Assembly: GCF_001194135.2 (NCBI RefSeq)
Contig: NC_068981.1
Coordinates: 101,417,440 to 101,481,439, forward strand
Length of the DNA: 64,000 nucleotides
From: Octopus bimaculoides
Taxonomy: Eukaryota
Direction of reading: 5' to 3'
In this document: one piece after another, positions 22,426 through 35,799 of the stretch
Position numbering within the stretch: the first letter of the stretch is position 1
How the letters are laid out: each line of letters begins with the position of its first letter
The notes under the pieces: model-generated
Seen by the model: the letters and a program-made list of their open reading frames with translations, nothing else
Told to the model about the DNA's origin: nothing
Databases searched by the model: none
Made by a program: the position numbers and the translations under genes

Positions 22426-25217
22426 GGCTGTACAGATCACCAAGAGCTCGCGATCAAAAGTACTGTACTGACATTCGGCTGGCTTTAATTGGTGAGAAAA
22501 AAACGCCAAAGGTTTAGTCTGATTGTCTATAGTGTGCTGCAAAACAGCACCAACTGCAGGATCCAATGCATCAATGGTTAAAGAGAGAGGAGCATCAGGA
22601 ACCAGATGTACAAGCAAAGAAACAAGCTATTTCTTTCTTGATTGACTCAAAAGATAAGGCCCGGCAGATAAAGTGATAACAGAATTCTTTTTTGTATTTG
22701 CTTTCAATAGCTGAGTCAAGGAAAGTAACTTGTCTGCACAGTCACAAATGAAGCGTCTATAGAAGTTGACTACTCCCAAAAAGTGGCGAAGTTGGCATAA
22801 TGAAGTGGGGGGTGCGATGTGCTGAATTGCATTGACTTTGGAAGAGAGAGGTCTGATACCATTTGGATCGATATAATGCTCCAGAAATTCCAGAGAGGAC
22901 TGCCTGAAAACACACTTATTGGGGTTGATTCGCACACTGTAGGCGCGAAGATGCTGAAAGAGTTGATTTAAGTGTTGGAGGTGATTCTCACGCGTGTCGC
23001 TTGCAATGAGTATGTCATCAACGTAAGCGAACACAAATTCAAGTCCACGGACAACTTCATCGATAAAGTGTTGGAACGTACTCATGGCGTTCCGCAAACC
23101 GAAACTCATAAAAAGGAATTCGAAGCTGCCAAAAGGAGTAGTGATGGCAGTTTTTGGTACATCTTCAGGATTGACTGGTATTTGATGATAAGCATGAATG
23201 AGGTCGACCTTAGAAAAAATGGTACAATCAAGCAAATTAGAGGAGAAGTCCTGGAGATTTCTTATAGGGTAGCGATCGGGAATAGTGACCGCATTCAAAC
23301 GTCTGTAATCCCCCACCGGGTGAAAATCAGAATCCCCTTTTCGTGACAAATGAAGGGGAGATGCCCAGGAGCTGGTGGAGGGATGAATAAGGCCAAGCTG
23401 GAGCATGTGCTCAAACTCGGACCTAGCCTTCGTAAGATGGTCAGGAGCAAGTCGCTGCGGGCGTGAAAAGACAGGTGGCCCAGTGGTCGTAATATAGTGG
23501 AGGGTCAAGTGAGTAGGTTTTGTCATTTGGAATCACTGATCCACCAGCTCTAGGAAAGACGCTAAGTGTGAATGAAATGCATCATCAGCAGTGGCAACAA
23601 AAAATGAAGGACTGAGAACAGCATTGGTAGTGGCCTTTGCAGGTGTAGACAAAGACGTAGAACCGTCGATGAGTCTCTGTCGCCTGACATCTACCAATAG
23701 GTTAAAATTGTTAAAAAAATTCGCACCCAGAATAGGTTGTAGGAGATCAGCTATGACAAAAATCCACCTAAAATCCTGGCGAAGATTAATGTCAATATGT
23801 AAGGAAACTTGACCGTAAGTTGCAATGGGAGACCAATTGATCACATGCAAAGTGATCTCTGAACGCTTTGGCTTGTCTGTAGCAAGATGCAAAGGCCAAA
23901 TAGAGCAACTAGAACCTGTGTCAACCATAAATGCTTTTCCAGACACACAATCCTTTACAAAAAATGCATGATTTGAGGATAATTCGTCAGAAGTGTTTGA
24001 TGTGCTCAAACCCTCCACTGGGCATTTTCCAACAATTGGAAAGAACAAGGCTGAATGCTTTTGCGGGCTTTATGCTGATACCTGGCGTGGTACCAACAAA
24101 GACCGGGACTAGAGGAAAAAGAATTGGTTGAGCATGAACGAGACTGGCTTCAACTGTGACGGCCGCGAAGAATTGGAGTGCCCTCACCAAAATGTGTCCA
24201 TTTGGAATGTTAAGGAGTCAAGTTTCTCCACAATCTCATCATGTGTTGAGGAAGATGCAGCAGAAGAGACCTCTGAGCAAGAGCAGACATGGTGAGGTGC
24301 TGGATGGATAGCGAACTCTAAAATTTTACCAGTCATGGTAGATAGTTGATCTACGGGGTTGATATCAACCGTTGTGGCTAAAATGGTTTGCACACTGGGA
24401 AGTAGCCAGGAGAAGAAAAGCTTCCGTAAGAGCGAGTTGTCCTCAGTTGTGTCACTGAGCTCGTGGAGATGCTGTAAAAATGACTGTGTCCTGTCTCCGA
24501 GCTCCTCATCCTGCATAAGTTGTTTAAACTTAGACTCCATGAATTTAGTGTTCCACCGGAGAACCTCAGATTTGACCACCTTGTACATCACATCCAGGCA
24601 AGGATCTGTGATGAGATCTCTAACGGAAGTAGCAAGTGGTGCAGGAATGCTACAAAGGAGACGATTTAGCTGTCGCTGGGAAGGCACAGCATGTGCCGCA
24701 AAGCATGCCTCCAACTGTGCGAACCACAGTGTGATGTCACCAGTGAAAGAAGGAAGATTAGGTAAACTCATTTTCTGTCAGAGGAGGAAAAGAAAAAAAG
24801 GACCAAAAAAACCAACAAGAGTGTTGTTGGAAATAGCAGCATGTGTGTGAGAAAAAAAAAAAATTTCCTGAGCAAAATTTATGGAATTGTGTACTGTATG
24901 CACAAACAAAAAAAATTTTGTCGCCAAACCTTTTTTTTTTTTTGTGCTGATAGAAAACAAAACAAAATGCCAAAAACACTGAATGTATGTGTGTTGTACC
25001 ATCAAGGTTTGTTTTTGTTTTTTCTCTCTGATTGTATGTGTGCTTTTTTTCTGTCTCTTCTTGTCAGTTGAAAAATCGCCAGAAAATTGCGCACGGCTAG
25101 TAAAGTCCTGTTTCCACGTGGGGCAATTCAAATGTGGCTACAAAATGGAACGGTGGCTGGAAGTGGAGTCTTCTGGTACTGTAGCTTCTTACGGCTGCCG
25201 GAGTTCCTTCACTCATT

Positions 25218-25226
25218 GGGTCACCA
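25218..25226 (-). promoter_or_regulatory. Primer binding site TGGTGACCC (tRNA-Trp type)
   Basis: Lies 2 nt downstream of the LTR end and is complementary to the tRNA-Trp 3' end GGGUCACCA. Confidence 0.75.
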
Positions 25227-25228
25227 TT

Positions 25229-25700
25229 TATAATGAGAGGCAAGGTTCTCAATATCGGTTGAATATCACCTTTCTCCCATTAAATTCTTATTCTTCATGT
25301 TGCTTAAGGCTCCAGCAGTCACGTAAAGAAGTATTAGGCAAAATGCAGGTTCTCCATTAGTTTTATTTACAATATATACAAAGGTGTGGTATGTTGCTCT
25401 TTGCAGCCATCTCATGCGGTGTGAATTCGTCGTTCTCCGTTATGCGGGCTCATTGCCTCAGGAGATGTGACAAGCGGATTAGCCTAGACGCCCGGCCAAT
25501 GAAGTGTGCTCTGCGAGCAGTCGCGGGAAAAAGAGATTGAACCTCGTGGTTTCTTCCTTTTATATAGTTTGCCATCGCGAGCCTCGTTGTGAGGTGGCAC
25601 ATGCCAAATGGATACAGATGAGGTCTCGCTCTAGTCTCAGAGATGGCAATGGCTGCGCGCAATCTCACCCAATATGGCACTGACTGCTTGTGCCACCACA
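25229..25700 (-). repeat. 5' LTR, ~472 bp
   Basis: Starts TGTGGTGG and contains TATATAAAAG and AATAAA. Ends ..cattata just before the PBS. Confidence 0.75.
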
Positions 25701-25844
25701 ATATATATATATATATTAGATACGTTGTCTGTGTGTGTGTGTGTGTCCTCTATGCACACTCAAACTTGGGGCACATGAATAATTTGACCTTGGAACGAGT
25801 AATATGGTCTTCATTTATTTTTTGATTAAAAATAAATAATATTG

Positions 25845-28262
25845 CTTTATATATAAAGATTCACTTCTGAAAATTGTTCTGTCAATGTCAACTTCCTGTG
25901 TTTGGCATCCTGACCTAGTAACTAAGTTTCATGTGTTTGATGTCCTCACGTAGTAACTAAATAACCAGCTATTTACACACACATGTATGTATACATAATT
26001 ATAGGTGTGACGATTTCTGATAAAAAAAAAAAAAATTTCTTAAGATACTTTCATGTGAGAAAAAAATTTCGTATGGAGATAGACACCTTTTTCTCAATAA
26101 ATTGAATGAGGTACTGTATATTGTACATTGATTTTTCAATACATATTTTGGACATTTTTGGAACAAGTCACCTTATTAACACTTGATATTTCACCTTTAA
26201 ATCCCTTGTGATTATTCTTGGCACAACTTGACTTATTAACACTTTCACTTTGTCAGTGTTAATGTAGTAACTAAGTAACCAGCTATTTACACATACACAC
26301 GTATGTATACATCATTACAGTTGTGACGATTTCAGATAAAAAGGAATTTCTAAAGTTACTTTCATTTTTGTATATTCTTTTCCAGCTTTCTATTTGTGTA
26401 AGATATATAGTTATGTGAATGTGTGTGTGAGAAAACAGCCATTGGAATGTGACTCTGGGTGAGGCAGTTGTTTCCTGTTCTGCATTTCAGTTGTGAAATC
26501 TCTTCACCATTATGCTTCAGGCTTGCAGCATTTCTAGTTATCACCAGCTGTGGGAGAATCATCAGGAATCCTTCTGTGAAGACATTGTTAAAAGATTGCA
26601 GAGGCAAAAATCAAGGTCTTGAAATCCAGCTGACTGAGAACATCAAGAATGAGGCTCTACTTCTCCCTGAAGACAAAGTTTTTCAGCTTGGAGGAAAACT
26701 TTTTGCAGGAGTATGGCTTGCCAGATCCAATAAGAGAACAGCTCAGAAAAGACCAGGAAATTTTAAGAGAGACACCCTATAACATGAATGAGCCAAAGCT
26801 TTTGACTGAACAGCGTACAGCTTACAATTGCATCATTCCAATGACTCAGGAGGAAAAGAGTGGCCTGTTCATTTTGGATGCTCCTAGGGGTACTGGCAAG
26901 ACGTTTTTGATCAACCTTTTGTCCGCAAAAGTCCATCTAGATGGGTGTATTGCTTTGATGGTAGTGTCTTCTGGAATAGCAGCTACTCTCTTGACAGATG
27001 GACAAACAGCTCATTCTACTTTCAAGGTTCCCTTGAATTTAGTTAGGACACAGACTCCAATTTTCAACATTTCTAAGACATCAACAAAGGCCATGGTCTT
27101 GCAGCAGATGCACTTGATTGTCTGGGATGAATGCACCAAGTCTCACCGTGGAGCACTTGAGGTTGTTGACCGTAGCCTAAGAGATTTGAGAGGAAAGGAC
27201 ATTCTCATGGGTGGGGTCATTGTAGTTTTGGCTGGGGATTTCAGACAAACCCTTCCTGTGATCCCAAAAGGTACAAAAATAGATGAACAAAAAGCCTGTC
27301 TCAAGCAGTCCTATCTGTAGAGGCAAATGACTAAACTGCACCTAACAGTTAACATAAGGGCCCAATTATTTGGTCATCAAACTGCTGAGCTGCTAGCTTC
27401 TGAAGACAGGGAATGGGCAACTACTGCATGTCAACTAAATGCAGCAACACTGGCTACCCTGTGGTGAGATGGTACCAACTGTCAATGATATCATAATGCA
27501 TGTGCTCTCAAACATTGCACAAAACTTTAGCAACAGTCAATAGCTCTGTGAGTGAGCCATATTAGCTCCACACAATGATGCTGTCAACAAAATCAACTGG
27601 GATCTCTTGCAGCTGTTGCCAGGACAAGAACAGTCTTTCAAATCCTTTGACACTGTCATTGATCAGGATCAGGCTGTAGTTCTTCCAACTGAGTTCCTGA
27701 ACTCTCTACAGCCAACTGGGATGCCACCTCACCACTTAACACTTAAAAAGGGGGCCCAAATCATGCTGCTCAGGAATCTGGATCCACCTCATTTGTGCAA
27801 TGGCACTAGACTGGTGGCGAAAGCGATGCGATCCCATATCCTAGAGGCAACAATTATGACTGGGAACTATAAGGTTAAGGATGTCTTCATTCTATGGATC
27901 CCGTTAATCCCATATGAACTCCCCTTTGAATTTAAACGGTTCCAGTTTCCAGTGAAACTAAGCTTCACTATGTGAATAAATCTCAAAGACAGTCTCTCAA
28001 GGTTGTTGGATTTCACCTTGCTTCTCTCGTGAGCAATTATATGTAGGATGTTTACGAGTTGGAAGTCCCCCAAATCTTTTCATTTATTCACCAATTAAAG
28101 GATACGCTCAAAACATTGTATATTCAGAAGCTCTAGGTAACTAAACTGATTGATTTCCAGATTTGTTTCAATACATTTGTTTATACTCATGTCATCTGAC
28201 AGAATTTTTGCTAAATGTACTTATTAACAGGAGAGGAGTTCCTGCAGACACTCCTCTCCTGG
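25845..28262 (+). mobile_element. Helitron remnant with Pif1-type helicase pseudogene (~26460-28140); Rep domain not seen
   Basis: FILDAPRGTGKTFLIN, SSGIAATLL..TAHSTFK, IVWDEC, AGDFRQTLPVI, LRNLDPPHLCNGTRL, QFPVKLSFTM and NIVYSEAL, with stops. Ends are approximate. Confidence 0.9.
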
Positions 28263-28264
28263 AA

Positions 28265-30813
28265 GAAACAATGCTGAGCATTTTGTCCAGCATGCTAACA
28301 ATTCTGCCAGCTCACCACCTTATTAATATTAGTTTCAAATCTTGGCACAAGGCCAGTAATTTTGGGTGAGGGAGTAAGTTGATTACATCAACTCCAGTGT
28401 TCAACTGGTACTTATTTTCATTTCTATTCTAGGCACAAGGCCCGAAATTTTGGGGGAGGGTCTAGTCAAGTAGATCAACCCCAGTACGCAACTGGTACTT
28501 AATTTATCGACTCCAAAAGGATGAAAGGCAAAATCGACCTCGGTGGAATTTGAACTCAGAATGTAAGGTCAGACGAAATGCTGCTAAGCATTTTGTTTGG
28601 CTCAGTAATGATTCTGCAAGCTCATTGCTTTAACCATATTATTAATATTAATAATAATAATAATCCTTTCTACTTTTTGGACAGTAATAGTTGAAGGTTG
28701 CCCATGGGACTCAAACCCACATCTGTAGACATGAATAATAATAGTTATAATAATCTTTTCTGCTAAAAGCATAAAGCCTGAAATTGTTGGGGAGGGGACT
28801 AGTCAATTACATCAACCCCAGTGTTTCACTGGTACTTAATTTATTGATCCCAAAAAGATGAAAAGCAAAGTTGACCTTGCCAGAATTTGAACTCAGAACA
28901 TAAAAACAGATGAAATGTCACTAAGCATTTCGCCAAGTACATTAATTTACTGTTACATTACATCAACTCCAGTACATAACTGGTACATTAATTTTGTCAA
29001 TCTCAAAAGAATGAAGGTAATGTTGACCTCTGTGGGACTTGAACTCAAAATTTAAAGAGCCAGAAATAATGATGGTTTCAAGTTTTGGTGCAAGGCCAGC
29101 AGTTTTAAGTGAAGGAGGTTAGTCAATTGCATTAACTCTAGTACGTGACTGGTACTTAATGTAAAAACCCATGTAATTTGCGCACTTGTGTAATTTACAC
29201 AGGTGATTTTCAGGATAAAATTTGTTAAAAAAAACTATTTATGTAAAATTCACACCCAAAAGTTTTCAGAATTGCCAATATAGTCAGGAGAAAAAGGTTT
29301 TCAATTTAGTTGTATTTAGCATAATTTCACTTACTTATGATTAGATTTTATTAAATTTTCATTAAATAAAAGTAATTTCTGTTTAACAGGTATCACATTG
29401 AAAGCTATTAAATTACAAAGTGTTTGGGTTGTTTATAATAAAGTTTATTTTACATTTCTTGCCCACAAAAGATTATGTCTGATCTTTAGCATATTGCTGT
29501 ATGTCTTCTCAAATTACAACCACAAGAAAAGTTGTTGATAAGAATTACTAACAAAAACAAAGCTGATAAATATGCACAGGTATTGCAAATTAAGTCTAAT
29601 TACCAATAAACATCAGCTTGGATGACACTTTATTCAACTGACAGAGGAAGGTGACCTATCAAACTGATTATGTAAACAGAATTCTTTTCTGCCTATTCTT
29701 GTTGGAACCTTTGATACAGAGTATCGAAATTTTAATCCCTTTCACACTTATAAAATGTTAAGCAAACTCAAAAATTTCTCATTACCATTATTATCAGTGT
29801 GGGCAGGACTTATGAATCGTTTACTTCAAAGAAGAAATTAAATATGTTGAATATGCATTTGAACATAACAATAGAGCTGCCAGAAGGTATTTTAATGTTA
29901 ATAGCCAATATTCGAAATTGGCGTAAACAGTACAACAAATTTAAAACTGTGCTTAGTAATAAACAGACAAAAATAAAAACATACAATCATGATTATCCAT
30001 ATCATTACATTTTTTTTCAGTCAGGAATATCCATATCACTATGTATGTCAATAGTTCTCCATTGTGATAGGTAGAAACTCCAAACAATGTAAAATATGGC
30101 CCGGACCATGTTTACCAGCATGAATGTCAGACTTCAAAACTAAGCTAACTATTTAACAGTTTTAGGAAATTTATACAGAGAAAGCAAGCATTATACTGTC
30201 CAGCATAAATAAAAGTCAACTTCATTTTATTTAAGCCATTATTTTTTCTGAAAAAACCTATTCTGACATTAAATGAGTCAACTTCCGGTACAAATGTTTA
30301 TGTTATGTACTTCTTTTTTCAACAAAAAAAAAATTTCAAAAACAAAATCTGGAAACAATCTACTCATGCAATTTATGCACCCACTAAAGCTCATTTTTAT
30401 TTTTGCGAAAAATGTGCGTAAATTACATGGGTTTTTATGGTAATTTTAACAAGCTTGAAATAGTGTAAAGTAAAGTTGACCTCAGCAGTATTTGAACTCA
30501 GACCATGAAGAACTACTGTTAAGCATTTCATCTGATGTGCTAACAATTTTGCTAGCTCATCACCTTAGAGCCAGAAATAGTAATTCTTTTTAAGTTTAGC
30601 ACAAAGCCAGCAATTTTAGGTGCAGAGGAGCAAGTCAATTACATCAACTCCAGCATTCAAGTGGTATTTATTTTATCAATTTTGAAAGGATGAAAAACAG
30701 TCAGCCTCAGCAGAATTAAAATGTAAAGAGCTGGAATAAATGCCACAAAGCATTTTGTATGATTTAGTAATGAGTCTGTCACTGCCTTAGAACCAGAATT
30801 AATATTAATAATG

Positions 30814-30859
<46 letters not shown>

Positions 30860-31072
30860 TGATGATGGTTTCAAATTGTGGCACAAGGCCAGCAATTTCG
30901 GGGTAGGTGGTAAGTTGATTATATTGACCCTTGTGCTTAACTGGTACTTGTTATATTGATCCTGAAAGGATGAAAGGTAAACTCAGAATGTAAAGACAGA
31001 CAAAATATCACTAAGCATTTTGCCCAACATGCTAACAATTCTGCCAGATCACTGCCCAGGTAGTAGTAGTAA

Positions 31073-31150
<78 letters not shown>

Positions 31151-31390
31151 TAGTAATAATAATCCTTTCTACTGTAGGCACAAGGCCTGAAATTTGGTGG
31201 GAGGAGACTAGTCGATTACATTGACCCCAGTGTTTCACTGGTACTTAATTTATCGACCCTGAAAGGATGAAAGACAAAGTTGACCTCTTCAGAATTTGAA
31301 CCCAGAACATAAAGACAAACGAAATGCTGTTAAGCATTTCATCCAACATGCTAACAATTCTGTCAGCTTGCCACCTTAATAATAATAATA

Positions 31391-31431
<41 letters not shown>

Positions 31432-31445
31432 AATAATAATAATAA
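28265..31445 (-). repeat. Dense same-orientation array of ~9 SINE-A copies or fragments with triplet-repeat tails
   Basis: Repeated B-box reverse complement and ggtacttaattt/ggcacaaggcc blocks, separated by (TAA)n, (TGA)n, (TAG)n and (CAG)n. Confidence 0.8.
29159..30440 (+). mobile_element. Non-autonomous pogo-type (Tc2/Kanga-like) transposon inserted into a SINE-A copy
   Basis: TIRs gtaaaaacccatgtaatttgcgcac / gtgcgtaaattacatgggtttttatgg, with TA at 29157-58 and 30441-42. Brinker-type DBD remnant MGRTYESFTSKKKL.YVEYAFEHNNRAARRYFNV..NIRNWRKQ at ~29799-29960. The SINE sequence resumes across the junction. Confidence 0.85.
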
Positions 31446-32041
31446 ATTAAATGTACTTGATATTTCTGAGAAGACCTCACAGGTTAACAGCAGTATGTGA
31501 TCAGAAGTTCAACAATCACAATTTCATGTTTTCTTAAGCTTTCATCAATCAAGTTCAACTAAGCAATTGAGTGATGTTCAATGAGTATTTAGCATCATTC
31601 ATTTATAATCTGAGTTTGAATTCTGCTAGACTTGACTTTGTTTTACATCTCTCTCAACTGTTGATGAAACAAGTATCAATAATATAACAAGGTTGGTTCA
31701 GTTGACTATATGACTCACCAGGGCAAGTTATAGAGTCATGCCTTGATAAAAGAAATCAATATAGCACTGGATGGTTGAAGGGTGAGGCAATTGATGCAAA
31801 GGATCTGTGTTCAAACTCAGACATCAATGATTTATCTCTTGTTATCAGTTAACTTGAAAAATAGGTTCTCCCCTAATTCTATTTACAGGGGTTTTTGACA
31901 CTAAACAAGAGATCCAGCCATAAAACGAAGTTAAACAAATGCACAATGCTAGTTATAAGGCCTCACTTAAAATATCACAATTCAATTCTCCTCATGGCAC
32001 TTCAACATCATCCATTTAAAAAAAAAACCCACATTAAGCCA

Positions 32042-32365
32042 GTGAAGGCATGTGGTTTAGTGGTTAGGGTATTCGGTTCATGATCATAAGGTTCTGAGTT
32101 CAATTCCCGGCAATGCATTGTGTCCTTGAGCATGACACTTTATTTCATGTTGCTCCAGTCCATTCAGCTGGCAAAATTGAGTAGTATCTATATTTCAAAG
32201 GGCCAGCCTTATCACACTCTGTGTCACGCTTAATCTCTCTGGGAACTACATTAAGAGTACACATCTATGGAGTGCTCAGCCACTTGCATGTTAATTTCAC
32301 AAGCAGGCTGTTCTGTTGATCACATCAACTGTAACCCTTGTCATTGTAACTGATGGAGTACCAGT
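32042..32365 (+). mobile_element. tRNA-derived SINE (third family)
   Basis: A-box TGGTTTAGTGG and B-box GAGTTCAATTCC; 3' part shared with the 37438 element. Confidence 0.7.
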
Positions 32366-32934
32366 ATATTAAGCCAATTTTTGCCAATACAAACCACCAC
32401 TAAACTCATATTCTAGTTGTTGTTTAGTTGCAACCAAAACCATTTAATTTACATATCCAGTGATAGATCTAGCTCAGTTACAACATGCACAGGTTCCAAT
32501 ATTCAATTTATTACATTCTTAACAATATAATTATTAATAACATGTACTAAGTGTACTGTAATTTCATTAATATACACTTAGTAGGCATAATGCATTAAGT
32601 GCATTACTATGCATTTTGTACATAATAATTGTTTTAATAATAGTCAAAGCTACACGGTTCATTGATGACTGTGTTTGAAATCAGACCTTTTGCATCAGTT
32701 GTCTATCACTTTAAGTACCCAGCACTTTTAAAATTTCTTTTGACTAGACATGTGGCTAAGCTTGCTCTATATAGCCGATTAATCAATATCAAAAGGTTGA
32801 AAACGAAGTCAACCCTGGCAGACTTATAATCAAAACTATTTCATTCCAACTAAATATTTAGATTTTGAACTTCCATGAAGCTCAAGGATCTGCTACCTAC
32901 TCTCCCAACTACCCTTCCAGGCTTCCCAGGTCCA

Positions 32935-32995
32935 CAAGCTCAGAGCTGCCACAATCAATGTTGGCACAATTAAAGGTAGGTCTGGTGAAACCATT
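32935..32995 (+). mobile_element. RTE AP-endonuclease N-terminal fragment
   Basis: LRAATINVGTIKGRSGETI resembles LRxGTxNVGTxxGRSxE. Confidence 0.5.
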
Positions 32996-32999
32996 CATA

Positions 33000-34110
33000 A
33001 TTGCACATGAAACTTGTAAATCAAGGTTTTGTTGTTGAAGAACATTTGATGTGGTAACTGCTTCTGTGAATACAGGTGTTTCAATTTTAAGACAAAAAAG
33101 AAATTCCAAGTTGATGTGGCATTACTCCCCATTTTCACTTACTGAATCTGATTAGATTCTTTTTGTGTATCTTTATCAGAAATTGTACCAGAATTGTAAG
33201 CATCTTCTTTAAAGTTCTTAGAGTGTCTGCTTTGCAGGTCCATTTTACATCAGGGAACTTTTCCAGTTCCACTCCTTGAACATTGGACAGAGGGTAGATA
33301 GAGTGCTGAATTTGTATAAATAAAAATACTGCTTACTTGGCATTGGAATAAAACTGTATAAATTTTCTTCTACATTTAAGAATGAGGCAATAGAGCTACT
33401 TGATATAGTATTTTCTATAAGCATAACACTCTAGCAGTGTGTATGGTAGTGAACATACAGAGCTTTTTCTTTGTACAAAAAAAAAAACATAAACTTCACT
33501 GAAGCCCTTTGTACAATGCACTCATGTTAGCAATTCCATTATAGTCCTGACTTGTCATGTTTTCTATCTGTATGCCATTTCTTTCCAAACTAAAGATGGG
33601 ACCATTTATTGCAGCTCTTCCCTTGTTGGAGATATTATCTCACACATTTCAATGAATGCATTTTGATTTTATCATCAGACACATGATATAGGCACATAGC
33701 AACCTGTTCAGTGTAGGAGACATCTGTAGCTTCATTCATAAGAAAAGAATATACTGTTGCTACATTATTTAATATTGATTTTCTTATATACATAGCCAAA
33801 GACTTGATTATATTATTCTAAATACAGTTTGAGAATGTTATCACCTGTGATTTCTTTTTATATGTGATACACAATACATACAGCAATTGTCATATCTAGC
33901 CAACAATTGGACTTGTTCAAGGTGCTCATTTCTATTTATAATTGTTTGTCTTTTAACTGTAGCTCATAATGGTAGTCCTTGTTGAGCTAAATATAAAATT
34001 ATGTCAACAAGTGTTAATAATATTTCTTTATTCCTCTGACTTTTTTTGCTTTATTTGCTGCTTCAAAAGCTTTTTCTCAAGGTCTTCTTAAAATTACTCC
34101 ATCTTATTAT
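33000..34110 (-). pseudogene. Degenerate hAT transposase (ZMYM1/Tip100-like)
   Basis: LVDIILYLAQQGLPL, YSFLMNEATDVSYTEQVAMCL, SQDYNGIANMSALYKGLQ, ALYVHYHTHC, FPDVKWTCK and EFLFCL..SNVLQQQNLDL occur in the correct order, with many lesions. Confidence 0.8.
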
Positions 34111-35799
34111 TCTGATCACCTGCATTTCAGAAAATGTATTTTTCTAATGTATATATTTCCTAAATATTGATATATATTTTCCCACACTGTTTATAATAGT
34201 TTGCTTTTCTTCAATATATCAGATACTTAGTCTGTTCTCAGTGGATTAAATGCATTTTAAAGTATTGATAATGTTGGAAAAGCTATATTTTCTTCATTAC
34301 CAAGACAATATTTTTTGATTGGGGTGGCACTATTCTGTCATTGTTATCCTCCTTCTTCTTCTCCTTCTTTAACATCTGTTTTCCATATCAGCATAGTTTG
34401 ACTAGAGCTGGCAAACCAGGAAGCTGCACCAGGTTCCAGTCTGATTCGGCTTGGTTTCTACAGCTGGATGCCCTTCCTAATGCCAACCACTTTACAGTGT
34501 GTGTTAGGTGCTTTTAACGTGAATAATAAATCTATTCAAATAGGCTTGTTACATGTATTTCAGAAACTGGCTTTCTTTGTTAATGACAAAAAACTCAGAA
34601 GTCAAATCTTTCTTATTCCTAATTGGTAATTTGTAACAGACATAAAGTCAAACATGTTGAGAGAGTGAGAGGTGTGGATCAGAAAGATCTAATGCAATTG
34701 TTATTTATGTAGAAAAAATGCATAATTTTATCATAGATATTCAAGATGTTTTTGTTCACTTTTAATGAAAATTGTATAACTTTTAAAAATTAATTAAAAA
34801 CAAAAAATAAAGGTCATGTTCTATCATATTTCTTTCAGTATTTACACATGAGTGTCTGCACCAAGTCGAACTTTGTATATCTTTTATCTTTTACTTGTTT
34901 CAGTCATTAAACTGTGGCCATGCTGGGGCACCACCCTGAAGAATTTTAATCAAAAGAATCGACCTTAGTACTTATTTTTTTAAAAGTCAGGTACTTATTC
35001 TATCAGTGTTTTTTGCTGAACTGCTAAGTTACAAGGATGTAAATACAGCAACATCAGTTATCAAGTGATGGTGGGGAAACACACACACACGACAGGGTTT
35101 GTTTGAGTTTCTGTCTACCAAACCCACTCAAAGGATTTGGCTGGCCCAAGGATATAGTAGAAGTCATTTGCCCAAATTGTTGTGCAGTGGGTCTGAACCC
35201 AGAACCATGTGGCTGGGAAGCAAACTTCTTTATCACAGTCACACTGCACCTATATATTGACTTAGCAGAAGTGGAGCCAGAAGGTAAGGAAACAAATCAT
35301 AATAATGCATTCTATCTTTTCATGCATTTGAATTTTCACTAAAATGGCATTTGTTACATAAAAGAGAAGGGAGCAGGAGATCAAGCACCTTGATTCCTCC
35401 CCCATGTATACACACCTAACCGATTCTCACAACAACATTCTTGCATACCAAGGATCTGTAGGTATTTTAACTCATTTTTCATTGTAGCTCACTCTAATAG
35501 AGCCATACAGTGTATATGGGATGTTGACCGCATTAATATTGGTTTTCAATTTTGGAACAACGCCAGCAAGTTTGAAGGAGGTGATTGACTCAATTACACG
35601 AATCCCAGTACTCAATTAGTACTTATTTTATCAACCCTGAAAAGATGAAATGAAAGTCAACCTTGACGAAATTTCAACTCAGAACATATAGACGAAATGC
35701 CACTAAGCATCTCGTCCAGCATGCTAACAATCCTACCGGTGTGCCACCTTATTGACCTCACTAATTTTGAGCCAATACACAAGTTGACCTCACCAATAT

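Larger units (their letters stand above)
22426..25700 (-). mobile_element. Gypsy LTR retrotransposon (CsRn1/kabuki-like): 5' LTR, gag, protease, RT and partial RNase H; integrase and 3' LTR absent
   Basis: gag 24184-24771; CWYHARYQHKARKSIQPC knuckle (CHCC, one C->S) at ~24040-24095; protease MVDTGS; RT 22627-23526 with AYVDDILI; RNase H STFDRELL; PBS complementary to tRNA-Trp. Confidence 0.93.

Noticed and set aside
22972-24850. Plus-strand ORFs of 124 aa and 163 aa
   Set aside because: Antisense shadows of the Gypsy RT and gag frames.
30020-30150. Possible minus-strand terminal exon (LTFMLVNMVRAIFY..)
   Set aside because: Lies inside the pogo element, has a weak acceptor and no recognisable homology.
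28265-31445. CRISPR-like repeat/spacer array
   Set aside because: Units are degenerate ~200-bp SINEs with microsatellite tails in a eukaryotic context; no cas genes.
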